The notes beneath the pieces were generated by a model. It saw only the letters and a program-made list of their open reading frames with translations. It ran no database searches and was not told the origin of the DNA. A DNA stretch of 64,000 nucleotides, taken from Magnetovibrio sp. (GTDB lineage Bacteria; Pseudomonadota; Alphaproteobacteria; Rhodospirillales; Casp-alpha2). The position numbers and the translations under genes were made by a program. Below are positions 1-10,223 of the stretch, in pieces. Where the stretch lies: assembly GCA_002690705.1 (NCBI GenBank), contig NZFO01000012.1, positions 53,230 through 117,229 of the forward strand, given 5' to 3'. Within the stretch, counting starts at the first letter, position 1. Each line of letters begins with the position of its first letter.

Positions 1-494
1 ATCAGCACACGCAGACCGTAGGGATCATGCCTAGCCATCCGCGGCGCCGGCAGAAAGAACTTCAACTGCCTAAGTAGTGGTTGCGTTCGGGCGACATGCG
101 CTGCCCACAAAAACCTACTTGCTGAATTTTTAACGCCTAGCACCGGTCGATCATTAAATGCAGTTAAAGGTTGATGTTTGACTCCGCTGTCTCGCTCCAA
201 TCGCTTACGTCCCGTCTCGACTGAAACCTTAAAGTCACCCTTTAAGAAGTATATGGTAGCCCAGATCAAAAGCCCAGCCAGCGCGGCTAAAATAGAAAAA
301 TGCAGCCAACTCGGAAGGGTCGGTAATACATCAAAGAGCGTAATGACGGAAAAAAGACAAAATATTGCAGTTATGGGAAAAGAGCGGAGCCATACACGCT
401 CCCATAATATTGCCGCTCGCGACCACCATATAAGCAGTGTGAGACGGAGACTACCTCGCTTTTTTAAATTTTTATCTTCATGCGCCCCCATCAT
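1..494 (-). CDS. TIGR02302/DUF4175-family membrane protein, N-terminal ~164 codons (gene continues past the left window edge)
   Basis: Absent from the ORF track because it has no stop inside the window. Hand translation of the minus strand from ATG at 494 (second ATG at 491): MMGAHEDKNLKKRGSLRLTLLIWWSRAAILWERVWLRSFPITAIFCLFSVITLFDVLPTLPSWLHFSILAALAGLLIWATIYFLKG...RLERDSGVKHQPLTAFND...FLWAAHVARTQ, open to position 1. ATGA overlap with the lysA stop (491-493). LWERxW plus two TM helices fits the N-terminus of the family that follows lysA in many alphaproteobacteria (from memory). Confidence 0.6.
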   Translation of the reverse strand, partial: MMGAHEDKNLKKRGSLRLTLLIWWSRAAILWERVWLRSFPITAIFCLFSVITLFDVLPTLPSWLHFSILAALAGLLIWATIYFLKGDFKVSVETGRKRLERDSGVKHQPLTAFNDRPVLGVKNSASRFLWAAHVARTQPLLRQLKFFLPAPRMARHDPYGLRVL

Positions 495-1789
495 TTACCG
501 ACCACATTAGCCGCGGAAATTCGACTCCCTGATAGCCATGGTGGCAACCTCTCCAAAGCCAACATATCAGCCACCTCAAAGCGTCGTCGAATAACAGCAT
601 ACTCATCGCCTTCGACCAAGACTTCGGGTATTAGAGGACGAGTGTTATAGGTCGAGGACATTACAGCACCGTAAGCACCAGCTGATCGAATGGCTAATAG
701 GTCACCCGACGTAACTGACGGCATACCACGGTTTTTAGCGATGTAATCACCAGACTCACAGATAGGCCCAACGATATCCATAACTTTTAAAGATTCGTGA
801 TCCATCGCTTCCGCGACACGAACTATATCATGGTGGGCGTTGTACAAAGTAGGGCGGATCAAATCGTTCATCGCTGCATCAACTATGCAAAATGTTTTAG
901 CGGTACCTTCCTTCATGAAATTTACTCGGGTCAATAATATCCCGGCATTTCCAGCAATCACACGTCCGGGTTCAAAGGTGAGCTTGCAGCCAAGACCGCC
1001 AATCGTCTCAGCTACCATAGCGCCGTAAGCTTCGGGTGTCGGTACTTTTTCATCTTTGTAGGTAATACCGAGGCCACCACCCAGATCAAGGTGCCGAATC
1101 GTGTGACCGTCCTCGCGCAGAACCCCCACAAAATCCGCCATCCGTGAATAAGCTATACGAAAGGGGTCGAGTTCAGTCAATTGAGACCCAATATGCATAG
1201 CTACGCCAGAAACGTCTATACCGGGCAAAGCTCTAGCACGCCTGTAAGCACCTCGTGCCAAGGACAGATCGATCCCAAATTTGTCTTCCTGACGGCCCGT
1301 AGCAATTTTTTCATGCGTTCGCGCATCAACATCGGGATTGACGCGGAGTGACACCTCGGCCATCTGTCCGTGTGTATCGGCCACAGCACTCAAAACTTCG
1401 AGTTCAGACAATGATTCTACATTGAAACGAGTGACACCAGCAACGAGTGCAGCTTGGAGTTCCTGACGGGATTTACCAACCCCTGAAAAAATTATCTTTT
1501 TTGGGTCAATTCCTGCTTCCAAAGCACGCTGCATCTCGCCTTGAGAAACCACATCAGCACCCGCACCTAGTCTTTCCAAAGTCGCTAAAACAGCGATATT
1601 TGAATTAGCTTTGATGGCAAAACAAATAGTGGCGTCAAGTGCGGAGACTGCATCGGCAAAAACCTTAAAATAGTGGACCAACGCCGCGCTTGAATAACAA
1701 TAAAATGGAGTCCCAATCACGTCAGCTAGTGCCGAAAGTTGAACTCCCTCAGCGTGTAATTCACCCTTATGGTAATTAAAATAATCCAT
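491..1789 (-). CDS. lysA: diaminopimelate decarboxylase
   Basis: 432-aa ORF with PLP-dependent group IV decarboxylase motifs (CFAIKANSN PLP-Lys region, GGGLGI, EPGR, CESGD). The argH-lipoprotein-lysA order is present. Confidence 0.95.
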   Translation of the reverse strand: MDYFNYHKGELHAEGVQLSALADVIGTPFYCYSSAALVHYFKVFADAVSALDATICFAIKANSNIAVLATLERLGAGADVVSQGEMQRALEAGIDPKKIIFSGVGKSRQELQAALVAGVTRFNVESLSELEVLSAVADTHGQMAEVSLRVNPDVDARTHEKIATGRQEDKFGIDLSLARGAYRRARALPGIDVSGVAMHIGSQLTELDPFRIAYSRMADFVGVLREDGHTIRHLDLGGGLGITYKDEKVPTPEAYGAMVAETIGGLGCKLTFEPGRVIAGNAGILLTRVNFMKEGTAKTFCIVDAAMNDLIRPTLYNAHHDIVRVAEAMDHESLKVMDIVGPICESGDYIAKNRGMPSVTSGDLLAIRSAGAYGAVMSSTYNTRPLIPEVLVEGDEYAVIRRRFEVADMLALERLPPWLSGSRISAANVVGK

Positions 1790-1914
1790 GGTCCTCCCCT
1801 GCCGTGAACTGTGTTTTCATTTTGGCACCCCAAACTCTCTCTACCAGACAAGTGCGCGTCTAAGAACAGCTTGCCATGGATAGCAGACATTCAAAATGCT
1901 TTTCGGACAAACTT

Positions 1915-2283
1915 TTAACGCGATAACTTTCTACCAAATAACGGACCAGCGAGAGGAGCGACGTATCCGGCAGGGTTAGGGTAGACATATGGACTATCTG
2001 ATTGAGATGGCGCGGGAAAGTAATCCTCTTGGGACGGCGAAATGACCCGTATTGTCTCCGTCTCAAGTTCAGGTTTTGATAGCTTAAGTTTTGTAACGGA
2101 CGATGATGCTGGATAAAAAAACGGGTAGATGGAGTCATCAGGAGGCTGCGGGGATGATTTTACCCCACAACCCGCAATTACAACGCTTGTAATGAGCACT
2201 GCAATTGAGGGGGCCGTGATCTTCTCAAGATTTTTCACACAAACAACCTCCATAGTTTTCAAAGCGTCTGGCATTTTTTTCAA
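1915..2283 (-). CDS. small lipoprotein between argH and lysA (LptM/YifL-like position)
   Basis: Signal peptide plus lipobox (SVVIAG|CG) and a Pro/Ser-rich mature part. The true start is probably an internal Met (M4 or M11). Confidence 0.55.
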   Translation of the reverse strand: MKKMPDALKTMEVVCVKNLEKITAPSIAVLITSVVIAGCGVKSSPQPPDDSIYPFFYPASSSVTKLKLSKPELETETIRVISPSQEDYFPAPSQSDSPYVYPNPAGYVAPLAGPLFGRKLSR

Positions 2284-2313
2284 ACTGGTAAATAGTTTAT
2301 CATTGACCCACTG

Positions 2314-3735
2314 CTAAAGGAACCGAAGTCGAGCATCTTTGACGGCTTGGCTAACATTGTGAGGCGCAGCGCCACCATATGATTTTCGGCTGGCCAATGC
2401 GTTGTCCACACTCAAAACCGAATAGATATCATCAGTTATACCAGCTTCAACCGTTTGCATTTCTTCGAGGCTGAGATTTTCTAGGCCACAGTTTTTTTCT
2501 TCTGCCATTTTCACAAGACCGCCCGTCACTTTATGAGCCTCACGAAACGGCATAGCAAGCGACCGGACAAGCCAATCTGCAAGGTCCGTTGCAGTTGCAA
2601 ATCCACGACCCGCATCCGTTGCCATCCGCTCAATATTGAAAGTGCTATCTCCAAGGATGCCAGTCATTGCGAGAAGGCTTAGCTTGAGTGTGTCAAAGAC
2701 TTCAAAAACGGGCTCTTTATCTTCCTGCATGTCTTTACCATAGGTCATTGGCAAGCCTTTCATGACAATAAGAAGGCCGTTGAGTGCACCAATCACCCGA
2801 CCCGCCTTGGCGCGTATTAATTCAGCAGCATCAGGGTTTCGCTTCTGTGGCATTATCGAACTACCTGTTGAAAACGCGTCGCCGAGTGCCACGTATGCAA
2901 ATTGCTGCGAGCACCAAATCACATATTCCTCTGCAAGACGTGAGAGGTGTGTGGACAAAATTGCCCCAAAACTCAAAAACTCAAGTGCAAAATCCCGATC
3001 CGATACTGCATCCATAGAATTTACCGCAGGTCGATCAAAATCCAATTCTTTTGTTGTCATATCCCGGTCAATGGGAAAAGAAGTCCCCGCCAAGGCAGCT
3101 GCTCCGAGCGGATTTTCATTTAATCGCTTACGGCAATCCATAGCCCGCCCACGATCACGCCCAATCATTTCCGTGTAAGCCAGCATATGATGTCCCAAGG
3201 TTACCGGCTGGGCTGACTGCATATGCGTGAATCCGGGCATCACTGATTCCGCATGAACCTCTGCAACATCGATAAGGGCACATTGTAACTCTCTCATATT
3301 TTCATCCAAGGCGTCCAAGGCGTCGCGAACCCAAAGCTTAAAATCAGTGGCGACTTGATCGTTCCGCGACCGCCCCGTATGCAACCGCCCTGCCGGCTCA
3401 CCTATCAGCTCAGCCAAACGTGCTTCGACATTCATGTGAATATCTTCCAGAGCGCTGGAGAGAGAAAAATCACCTTTTTCTATTTCCTTTTTTACCAAAT
3501 TAAGCCCATCCACAATTGCGTTTGCATCTTCTGATTTAATGATACCCTGTGCACCTAACATCCGGGCGTGTACTTGAGACGCACGGATATCTTGCGCGTA
3601 CATCCGCTTGTCAAAGTCAACAGAGGCATTGATCGCTTCCATTACCGAGTTCTGACCCCTGGAAAATCGACCGCCCCACATTAAACTGGGTTCATCACTA
3701 GATTTTAATTTGTCGTTAGCCATTGTTTCGTCCAC
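2314..3735 (-). CDS. argH: argininosuccinate lyase
   Basis: 473 aa with the fumarate-lyase signature [12 protein letters not shown] and the N-terminal LMWGGRF typical of ArgH. Confidence 0.95.
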   Translation of the reverse strand: MDETMANDKLKSSDEPSLMWGGRFSRGQNSVMEAINASVDFDKRMYAQDIRASQVHARMLGAQGIIKSEDANAIVDGLNLVKKEIEKGDFSLSSALEDIHMNVEARLAELIGEPAGRLHTGRSRNDQVATDFKLWVRDALDALDENMRELQCALIDVAEVHAESVMPGFTHMQSAQPVTLGHHMLAYTEMIGRDRGRAMDCRKRLNENPLGAAALAGTSFPIDRDMTTKELDFDRPAVNSMDAVSDRDFALEFLSFGAILSTHLSRLAEEYVIWCSQQFAYVALGDAFSTGSSIMPQKRNPDAAELIRAKAGRVIGALNGLLIVMKGLPMTYGKDMQEDKEPVFEVFDTLKLSLLAMTGILGDSTFNIERMATDAGRGFATATDLADWLVRSLAMPFREAHKVTGGLVKMAEEKNCGLENLSLEEMQTVEAGITDDIYSVLSVDNALASRKSYGGAAPHNVSQAVKDARLRFL

Positions 3736-3791
3736 TGTTGCTTTAGTATCGACCGCCTATCAAAAGGTAGCATGAAGGAGGGCCAACCTAT

Positions 3792-4418
3792 ATGTCTGAA
3801 ATGTCTATACGTACAGGAAAAATGTCATTTTTTTTCGGTCTCCTTAGTTTTGCACTAAGCATATGTCCACCGGCTCAGGATGCCCTGAGCTCCGATTTCA
3901 GTCGTAACAAAGAGAGCCGTGTAAGCACTAGAGTAAATCTTAACAAAATCATACACCTTCTTCCTTCATTTCGAGAAGCAAAAGAGCCCACACTTGTTCC
4001 AAATCTTCCCTTTATCGACAACGGTGGCCAGGAAAGGAGACTTGCCAGTTATCGAGGCAGAGTGGTTGTTCTCAATTTCTGGGCGACTTGGTGTGCGCCT
4101 TGCGTCCAAGAAATGCCACAGTTCGATAGATTAAACGCCATAGTTAAACCTATCGGCGTTGATGTTTTGGCTATTTCAGAGGATCGTAATCCCCTGCCAC
4201 TGATCCGTAAATTTTATAAAACTAATAATCTGAAAAATCTCGAAATATTTGCCGACATTAAGGGTAAATTGCTCAGGGCTTTCAAAGGTCGTGGCCTACC
4301 AACAACTATAATTATCAGCCGCAAAGGTCACGAAATTGGTCGGGTAATCGGCCTCGAAGAATGGGACAAACCTGAGACAGTAAAGTTTCTCAAGAATATC
4401 GCCATGCACTATGACTGA
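3792..4418 (+). CDS. TlpA-like periplasmic thiol:disulfide oxidoreductase (thioredoxin fold)
   Basis: 208 aa with an N-terminal signal/anchor and the redox motif FWATWCAPC. Divergent from argH, as in many alphaproteobacteria. Confidence 0.8.
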   Translation: MSEMSIRTGKMSFFFGLLSFALSICPPAQDALSSDFSRNKESRVSTRVNLNKIIHLLPSFREAKEPTLVPNLPFIDNGGQERRLASYRGRVVVLNFWATWCAPCVQEMPQFDRLNAIVKPIGVDVLAISEDRNPLPLIRKFYKTNNLKNLEIFADIKGKLLRAFKGRGLPTTIIISRKGHEIGRVIGLEEWDKPETVKFLKNIAMHYD

Positions 4419-4455
4419 AAAACTCTCGCATCGATATCAGAGGCCCAGTCAAGGG

Positions 4456-5265
4456 TCATGTGCGTGGTGGCACTTCTGCCTGCTCCCGCACCATTAGGCG
4501 CAATTCCTCCAACTCGCGCTGCAACAAGTCAAGCTTACATTCAATAATTGTGGCATCCCCATGCATATCTTCCACGACTTCTCGGTGCTGTGATTGCATT
4601 GAGTCGACAATAACGCCGATAAACAAGTTGATCACAGCAAAGCTAGTCACAAGAATAAAGGGCACGAAAAAAGCCCAAGCATAGGGAAATTTCTCCATAA
4701 CAGGACGCACAATCCCCATCGACCAGCTTTCTAGCGTCATAATCTGAAAAAGGGAATACATCGAACGACCAATTGAACCAAACCAGGCATCAAAATCGTT
4801 TCCAAACAGATTTGTCGTCAATACTGCGCTTACATAGAAAATCAGAGAGATCAGCGCGATGATGGATGTCATAGCAGGCATAGCACTCAGTAAAGCTTGG
4901 ATTACAACGCGCATTTGCGGGACCACAGAAAGAAGTCGAAGCGTGCGTAAAATCCGAAGCGCGCGCAGGACAGAAAATGGTCCGGATGCTGGGACTAAGG
5001 CGACACATACAACTATGAAATCGAAGACGTTCCAACCACTCTTAAAAAAATGCCATCCGCGATAAAATAATTTAGCCGTGATTTCAGCAACGAAAACAGT
5101 CAGCACAAATGTATCCGCTATGTTTAGGAATAATCCGTAATCCTCACGGATGACTGGAGAGGTGTCCAGACCCAACGTAATCGCGTTGAATACAATTAGT
5201 GCGGTAATCACATTTTGAACTTTATTCGCGTGAACAAAAGCGCCGACGCGCTCACGGATGCTCAT
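4456..5265 (-). CDS. bacterial voltage-gated sodium channel (NaChBac/NavAb family), single 6-TM domain
   Basis: S4 has Arg every third residue (LRALRILRTLRLLSVVPQMR). Pore helix/selectivity filter is FQIMTLESWSMGIVRP (TLESW filter). C-terminal coiled-coil-like tail (LDLLQRELEELRLMV). Confidence 0.85.
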   Translation of the reverse strand: MSIRERVGAFVHANKVQNVITALIVFNAITLGLDTSPVIREDYGLFLNIADTFVLTVFVAEITAKLFYRGWHFFKSGWNVFDFIVVCVALVPASGPFSVLRALRILRTLRLLSVVPQMRVVIQALLSAMPAMTSIIALISLIFYVSAVLTTNLFGNDFDAWFGSIGRSMYSLFQIMTLESWSMGIVRPVMEKFPYAWAFFVPFILVTSFAVINLFIGVIVDSMQSQHREVVEDMHGDATIIECKLDLLQRELEELRLMVREQAEVPPRT

Positions 5266-5329
5266 TATATTAGCCTCTCTCTCTTCAATCCCTCACAGTT
5301 CAAAATCAGATGGTTACTACACACTCGGT

Positions 5330-5935
5330 TTACCCGGTCTTTCTCCGGGTTCCAAGTGCATAAAACGCAATTCCATCATCGATGTCATTTAGCTCAGTCA
5401 CGGCTTCAAATCTCCAGTGCTCCGGTAGATTTAGCCGGGTATCGGAGAGTGTATGCGGACTCGACCAGCGCACTTTTTGGAAAACATCTATAGGACCACG
5501 ACGACGTTGCAATCCGAAAAGCCAATAACCACCGTCAGGTGTTGGACCAAATACAGCTTCCGATCTATCAAGCACCCGAAATGCAGACCAAATGTGAATG
5601 GGGCAAACCTCCGGAATATCAGCACCAATCAAGACTGTCGGTCCTCTCGGAACATCTGTAATGAGCTTTGTCATACGTTTTCCCAAATCTCCCATCCCCT
5701 GGTTAACATGCGGGTTTAATCCTGGCCACAATGACAACTTTCTAAAGGCGCGTTTCGGTGTAACGCCAAGCCACGTAGTCCAACGGGCGTCTGCACTCAA
5801 TCGCCGACTAACATCCGTTAAGGTTTGGCGGTAGAACTTCCATGCGTCCACTGATCCAATATCACAAGCCAAACGTGTCTTAACGCGGCCTAAGCGAGGC
5901 TCCTTAGCAACAATTATGAGTTGACGACGAATCAT
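5330..5935 (-). CDS. DUF2064 / TIGR04282-like nucleotidyl/glycosyl-transferase-fold protein
   Basis: The track ORF 5330..6103 has an implausible N-terminal extension. The start is reassigned to ATG at 5935 (MIRRQLIIVAKEPRLGRVKTRL, the usual family N-terminus). It overlaps the upstream GT2 gene by 32 nt. Confidence 0.7.
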   Translation of the reverse strand: MIRRQLIIVAKEPRLGRVKTRLACDIGSVDAWKFYRQTLTDVSRRLSADARWTTWLGVTPKRAFRKLSLWPGLNPHVNQGMGDLGKRMTKLITDVPRGPTVLIGADIPEVCPIHIWSAFRVLDRSEAVFGPTPDGGYWLFGLQRRRGPIDVFQKVRWSSPHTLSDTRLNLPEHWRFEAVTELNDIDDGIAFYALGTRRKTG

Positions 5936-6614
5936 AAAAACTGCCCTCATAGAGGTCCACAAGGTAATGCGGTGGCACACCCACAAAATACATACCCAAA
6001 CAAAAAAGGTTTCGAATGGTGCGTAAAAAATAGCCGTCCTGCTTATACCGCTTTGCCGAAGACGTAGCGAGAGCAGGTAGTGCCTCGAGCCGATGCCGCG
6101 CAATTTTCCGGATCAAGGCAACATCTTCCATGAGAGGGAGAGAGGGGAACCCCCCCAATTTCTCATAAAAGTCCGCGTGGATTAATAGACCTTGGTCTCC
6201 ATATGGCAAACCAAACCAACTGCACCGCCATGCGACAACTTTTTCAACGCGGCGCGCGGCAGGCTCAAAATCATCGAGAGCAAAGGAAAAGTAGCCTGCT
6301 CGGAAATGGTTACCCGGGTCAGAAATGAAGCGGCGAGTTACCGTTTCCCAACCGGGGCCAGTCCGGGTATCCGCGTGCATAAATAACAACCAATCACCTG
6401 ATGCTCTATCAGAGCCAGCAGCTAATTGAATGCCACGTCCTTTGGGCGCAGTGACTACGCGAGCTCCTGCTAACTGAGCTAGTTCAGGCGTGGCGTCCGC
6501 GGAACCACCATCAACAATAATTATTTCCCCGACAACATCACTATCTAGCCAAAAGTGAGTCGTATCTGTAATTGTCGTGGCCGCATCAATAACTGGAATA
6601 ATAACGCTAAGCAT
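5904..6614 (-). CDS. family 2 glycosyltransferase (TIGR04283-like partner of DUF2064)
   Basis: 236 aa with the GT-A N-terminus MLSVIIPVID...IIIVDGGSADAT and an acidic motif (FMHADT). Confidence 0.8.
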   Translation of the reverse strand: MLSVIIPVIDAATTITDTTHFWLDSDVVGEIIIVDGGSADATPELAQLAGARVVTAPKGRGIQLAAGSDRASGDWLLFMHADTRTGPGWETVTRRFISDPGNHFRAGYFSFALDDFEPAARRVEKVVAWRCSWFGLPYGDQGLLIHADFYEKLGGFPSLPLMEDVALIRKIARHRLEALPALATSSAKRYKQDGYFLRTIRNLFCLGMYFVGVPPHYLVDLYEGSFYDSSSTHNCC

Positions 6615-6775
6615 CTGTGCAGTCCTTCTACGGGCCGTTTTTTACCACAAGGTGTAATAAAAATCAGTGATAGAAACGGCAAATATTTTAAACATTTTTC
6701 AAGACCAAATTACAGAGTGGGCGAATGCTGAAATAAACTGCGACGATATGGCAAACGAGTTCCATATTGGGGATA

Positions 6776-6934
6776 GGCCTGCATCAACCCCTAAAATAAT
6801 GTATTACTCTAATTACTCTAAGTTATGTTGAAACTAGGTTACAATGTTCTCAGCATCTAGTCACCATGCTAAGTACTACCACTTCTAATTGAGCCATTTG
6901 GTAACTGGGTTTTATAGTGGCCTGCATCAACCCC
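6776..6934. repeat. 16-bp exact direct repeat GGCCTGCATCAACCCC (6776-6791 and 6919-6934)
   Basis: Read directly. Both copies are preceded by ATAG. They lie in the 330-bp AT-rich region upstream of the TPR/OGT-like gene. Confidence 0.85.
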
Positions 6935-6944
6935 CGCTAATTCT

Positions 6945-9020
6945 TTGCCCCCCCCAATCTGGGCACGCGAGAATAAATCTGCTGCAGTAAAGGAGAGCCT
7001 TGTGGCTAAAAAGCGAAACCGTAACTTCGGAAAAACGGGCCAAACTAATGGTCCCGATAGCAAAGGCGCAGAGTCAACATTCAATCTTGCTTCGACTTTG
7101 TACGAGAGTGGTGCCATGCAAAATGCTGAAATAGTCTGTCAAAAATTACTCACGGATCACCCAACCCATGTATGGGGGTTAAATTTACTGGGTGTTATCC
7201 ATTGCCAAACTGGTCGAACACCGGGGGGTATTAAATACATTGCTACTGCCCTAAAGCACGCTCCACAAGAGGCGGAGATCTGCAACAATTTGGGTACAGG
7301 CTTATCAGGTCTAGAGCGGCACGCAGATGCAATAACCGCTTTCACACGTGCACTTGAATTAAAGCCAAATTACGCAGCCGCTCATAACAATATCGGTGCA
7401 CCTCTTAAAGCTCTCGGCCGACTAGATGAAGCGGTAACGCATTACAGAGAAGCGGTGCGTTTAGCTCCTACATATGGAAGTGCTTGGGCCAACCTAGCAA
7501 ATGTGGCCCTTGATATTGGCGATATGGATACCGCCTCGACGGCAGCAAATCAAGCGGTCCTGCACGCACCTGATCAGACCAATACGCATAATAATTTAGG
7601 CATAATATTGCATCGCCAAGGTCGTTATCATGACGCCGAATTTGCTTTTCTTAAAGCTCTTGAGTTGGACCCAAATAACACCGACGCCCAAACAAATCTG
7701 GGTGAACTTTTAAAAGAACAAGGCCGCGTGAGCGAAGCCATGTCCCACTACAACCACGCCTCCAATTCACCTAACATAAATGCCTGTAAAAAGTCCAACA
7801 GGCTGTTCGCACTATGCTGTCTTCCGGAGATTTCTCCCAGAGATGTATCCCATGCACATCGGGAATGGGGCGCTACATTCCCGTCAGTAAAGAGAGGGTT
7901 TATAACCCATTCGCGCGACCCGGAGCGGCGTTTACGGGTTGGTTATGTTTCGTCCGATTTTCGACGCCACTCTGTCGCCTATTTTCTAGAACCTATTTTA
8001 GCTAACCATAATACAACGCTTTTCGAGACTATCGCGTATGCCAACATGATTGGACGGGACGAAGTAACCGATAGGCTCGCTGGCCATTTCAGTCGCTGGC
8101 GTGATGTGGTTGGATTAAATGACAATGAGCTAGCAGCACAGATCGTCAAAGATAAAATTGATATATTGGTCGACCTTTCGGGTCATACGCGCGGCAATCG
8201 CTTAGAGGCTTTCGCACTCAAACCCGCACCTGTTCAAATGACCTATCTTGGATACCCTGCAACTAGTGGTCTAACACAAATTGATTGGCGAATTACCGAC
8301 CCAATCGCTGACCCAAATGGAGTAACCGACGAGTATCACTCCGAGCGGTTGCTTAGACTTAAAAAAGGTTTTTTATGTTACCTCCCACCTCGAGACGCAC
8401 CAGAGATCAGACCCACGCCGGCGCTGAAAAACGGGCATATTACGTTCGGATCATTTAACAATCTTGCCAAGTTAAATGAAAAGACCATCGCCTTGTGGGC
8501 AAAAATTCTATACACAATTCCACGATCGCGGCTTCGCTTGAAAGCGAGAGCTTTGTGCGATATGAATGTCCGATTACGGATACAAGCTCGTTTTGCCACT
8601 TATGGTATCGCAGAAAATCAGCTCGATCTTTTGGATTGGATCACGCGAACAAGCCCCCTTACAGCATATCAAGACATCGACATCGCGCTTGATACATATC
8701 CTTATCACGGCACAACTACGACCCTAGAGTCCCTTTGGATGGGCGTGCCTGTTATTACCCGCGTTGGCGATTGGCACGCATCAAGAGTAGGCGCGTCAAT
8801 ACTGACGCATACCGGATTGAGTGATCTCATTACCACTGATAATCAAGAATACATCCAATCTGCCAAACAATTGGCATCGAATCTAAATTTACTAAATAAT
8901 ATTCGCCAGACCATGCGAGAAAGATTAAGAGTTGGCGCTTTGACAGATGGGGCCAAATTTACCAAAGCACTTGAGGCAGGATATCGTAGCGCTTGGCAGG
9001 AATGGCTTGAAAATGCCTAG
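6945..9020 (+). CDS. TPR-repeat protein with C-terminal SPINDLY/OGT-like (GT41-like) glycosyltransferase domain
   Basis: 691 aa with about 6 TPR units (ALELKPNYAAAHNNIG, AVRLAPTYGSAWANLA, ALELDPNNTDAQTNLG). The C-terminal half has RVGYVSSDFRRHSV...FGSFNNLAKL...YPYHGTTTT, as in COG3914-type proteins. The exact start is uncertain. Confidence 0.8.
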   Translation: MPPPIWARENKSAAVKESLVAKKRNRNFGKTGQTNGPDSKGAESTFNLASTLYESGAMQNAEIVCQKLLTDHPTHVWGLNLLGVIHCQTGRTPGGIKYIATALKHAPQEAEICNNLGTGLSGLERHADAITAFTRALELKPNYAAAHNNIGAPLKALGRLDEAVTHYREAVRLAPTYGSAWANLANVALDIGDMDTASTAANQAVLHAPDQTNTHNNLGIILHRQGRYHDAEFAFLKALELDPNNTDAQTNLGELLKEQGRVSEAMSHYNHASNSPNINACKKSNRLFALCCLPEISPRDVSHAHREWGATFPSVKRGFITHSRDPERRLRVGYVSSDFRRHSVAYFLEPILANHNTTLFETIAYANMIGRDEVTDRLAGHFSRWRDVVGLNDNELAAQIVKDKIDILVDLSGHTRGNRLEAFALKPAPVQMTYLGYPATSGLTQIDWRITDPIADPNGVTDEYHSERLLRLKKGFLCYLPPRDAPEIRPTPALKNGHITFGSFNNLAKLNEKTIALWAKILYTIPRSRLRLKARALCDMNVRLRIQARFATYGIAENQLDLLDWITRTSPLTAYQDIDIALDTYPYHGTTTTLESLWMGVPVITRVGDWHASRVGASILTHTGLSDLITTDNQEYIQSAKQLASNLNLLNNIRQTMRERLRVGALTDGAKFTKALEAGYRSAWQEWLENA

Positions 9021-9105
9021 TAGCAGGCTCATATGAATATCGGAAAGTCAAAAGGCACAACCTACACAGTGACTTTAGTAAAAACTCTCGTCAGTTGGAT
9101 CGGAC

Positions 9106-9303
9106 ATGGAAACTACTATCCCCATCCTAATGATCAGTGCGATGTTCGTAACTCTTGCAGTTGTTGTAATTGGTATAATAGCATTTGGCGTTAATGGGAA
9201 TTTCTACAGGCGCAACGCTAACATGTTGATGCGGCTTAGGATCCTTTTCCAAGCAATTGCACTAGTATTTTTCGCTGCACTTATGTTCATGGTCACCAAT
9301 TAA
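9106..9303 (+). CDS. HIG1-domain / twin-transmembrane-helix small protein
   Basis: 65 aa with two TM helices joined by a basic loop (FYRRNANMLMRLRILFQ). It sits in the conserved position next to the adenosyltransferase and etfBA. Confidence 0.65.
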   Translation: METTIPILMISAMFVTLAVVVIGIIAFGVNGNFYRRNANMLMRLRILFQAIALVFFAALMFMVTN

Positions 9304-9340
9304 ATCACCTTCATTGCTCTAAGGATTAGGTTATATACTC

Positions 9341-9904
9341 ATGGTCAGTTTAGATAAAATTTACACACGGGGTGGTGACAAAGGGAAAACGTCTCTAGGC
9401 TCTGGCAGCCGTGTAGCCAAGCACGATATTAGAGTTGAAGCATATGGTACGTCTGATGAAGCCAACTCAATAATTGGTATCGTCCGCTTACATTCAAGCG
9501 GCGAGGCGGATACGATGTTGGCGCGCATTCAAAACGATCTTTTCGATCTAGGTGCTGACCTTTGCACACCAACAGGAACAGAGCGACGTTCTGGCGCCCT
9601 TAGAATTACGGAGAAGCAGGTTTTACGGCTCGAACACGAAATCGATCTGATGAACGAAAAGCTGGCTCCCTTGACATCATTTATTTTACCAGGTGGGACT
9701 CCCGCAGGGGCACATCTGCATCTCGCGAGAACGGTTGTGCGGCGTTGCGAGCGCCTTCTAACTGAATTAGCAGAACGTGACGAGCTCAATCCTGAAGCCC
9801 TTAAATACATCAATAGATTATCCGACCATCTCTTTCAGCTATCGCGTCACGTGAATGGCGATGGCCAATCAGATATTTTATGGAAACCGGGGCAAACGCA
9901 ATGA
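9341..9904 (+). CDS. ATP:cob(I)alamin adenosyltransferase, PduO/MMAB type
   Basis: 187 aa with the N-terminal IYTRGGDKGKTSL motif and the helical-bundle pattern (IQNDLFDLGADL, ARTVVRRCER). Confidence 0.9.
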   Translation: MVSLDKIYTRGGDKGKTSLGSGSRVAKHDIRVEAYGTSDEANSIIGIVRLHSSGEADTMLARIQNDLFDLGADLCTPTGTERRSGALRITEKQVLRLEHEIDLMNEKLAPLTSFILPGGTPAGAHLHLARTVVRRCERLLTELAERDELNPEALKYINRLSDHLFQLSRHVNGDGQSDILWKPGQTQ

Positions 9905-10223
9905 TATGATTATAACCCCATTGCATCATTTTCCACACCCCGTTTCTAAAATTTTTTACCATATAATTTTAAGGGTTCCTCTTCAATTGACACACCATCC
10001 AGCCTAAATACCGTGATATTTCCTGTGCCACACCGCAACGCATGGTTCCATGACGCTCATAAAACGCTGATACATAGCTTGACCGGTGTTTTACCCAGTC
10101 TTATTGTGCAGCGCGGTAATGATATGACTAAGATTCTGCTTAAGTCGACTAGGGGGTAAAAAACCCACAATGTTGGTTAGGCCAAATCGAATTAGTCAAA
10201 TGATCGAGTTTTAAGGTGGGCCG

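Noticed and set aside
178-510. Track ORF (110 aa, plus strand)
   Set aside because: It is Arg/Ser-rich and antisense to the much better TIGR02302-family reading frame that runs off the window edge.
5936-6103. N-terminal 56 codons of track ORF 5330..6103
   Set aside because: This extension lies inside the upstream GT2 gene in another frame. The family-typical N-terminus starts at the ATG at 5935.
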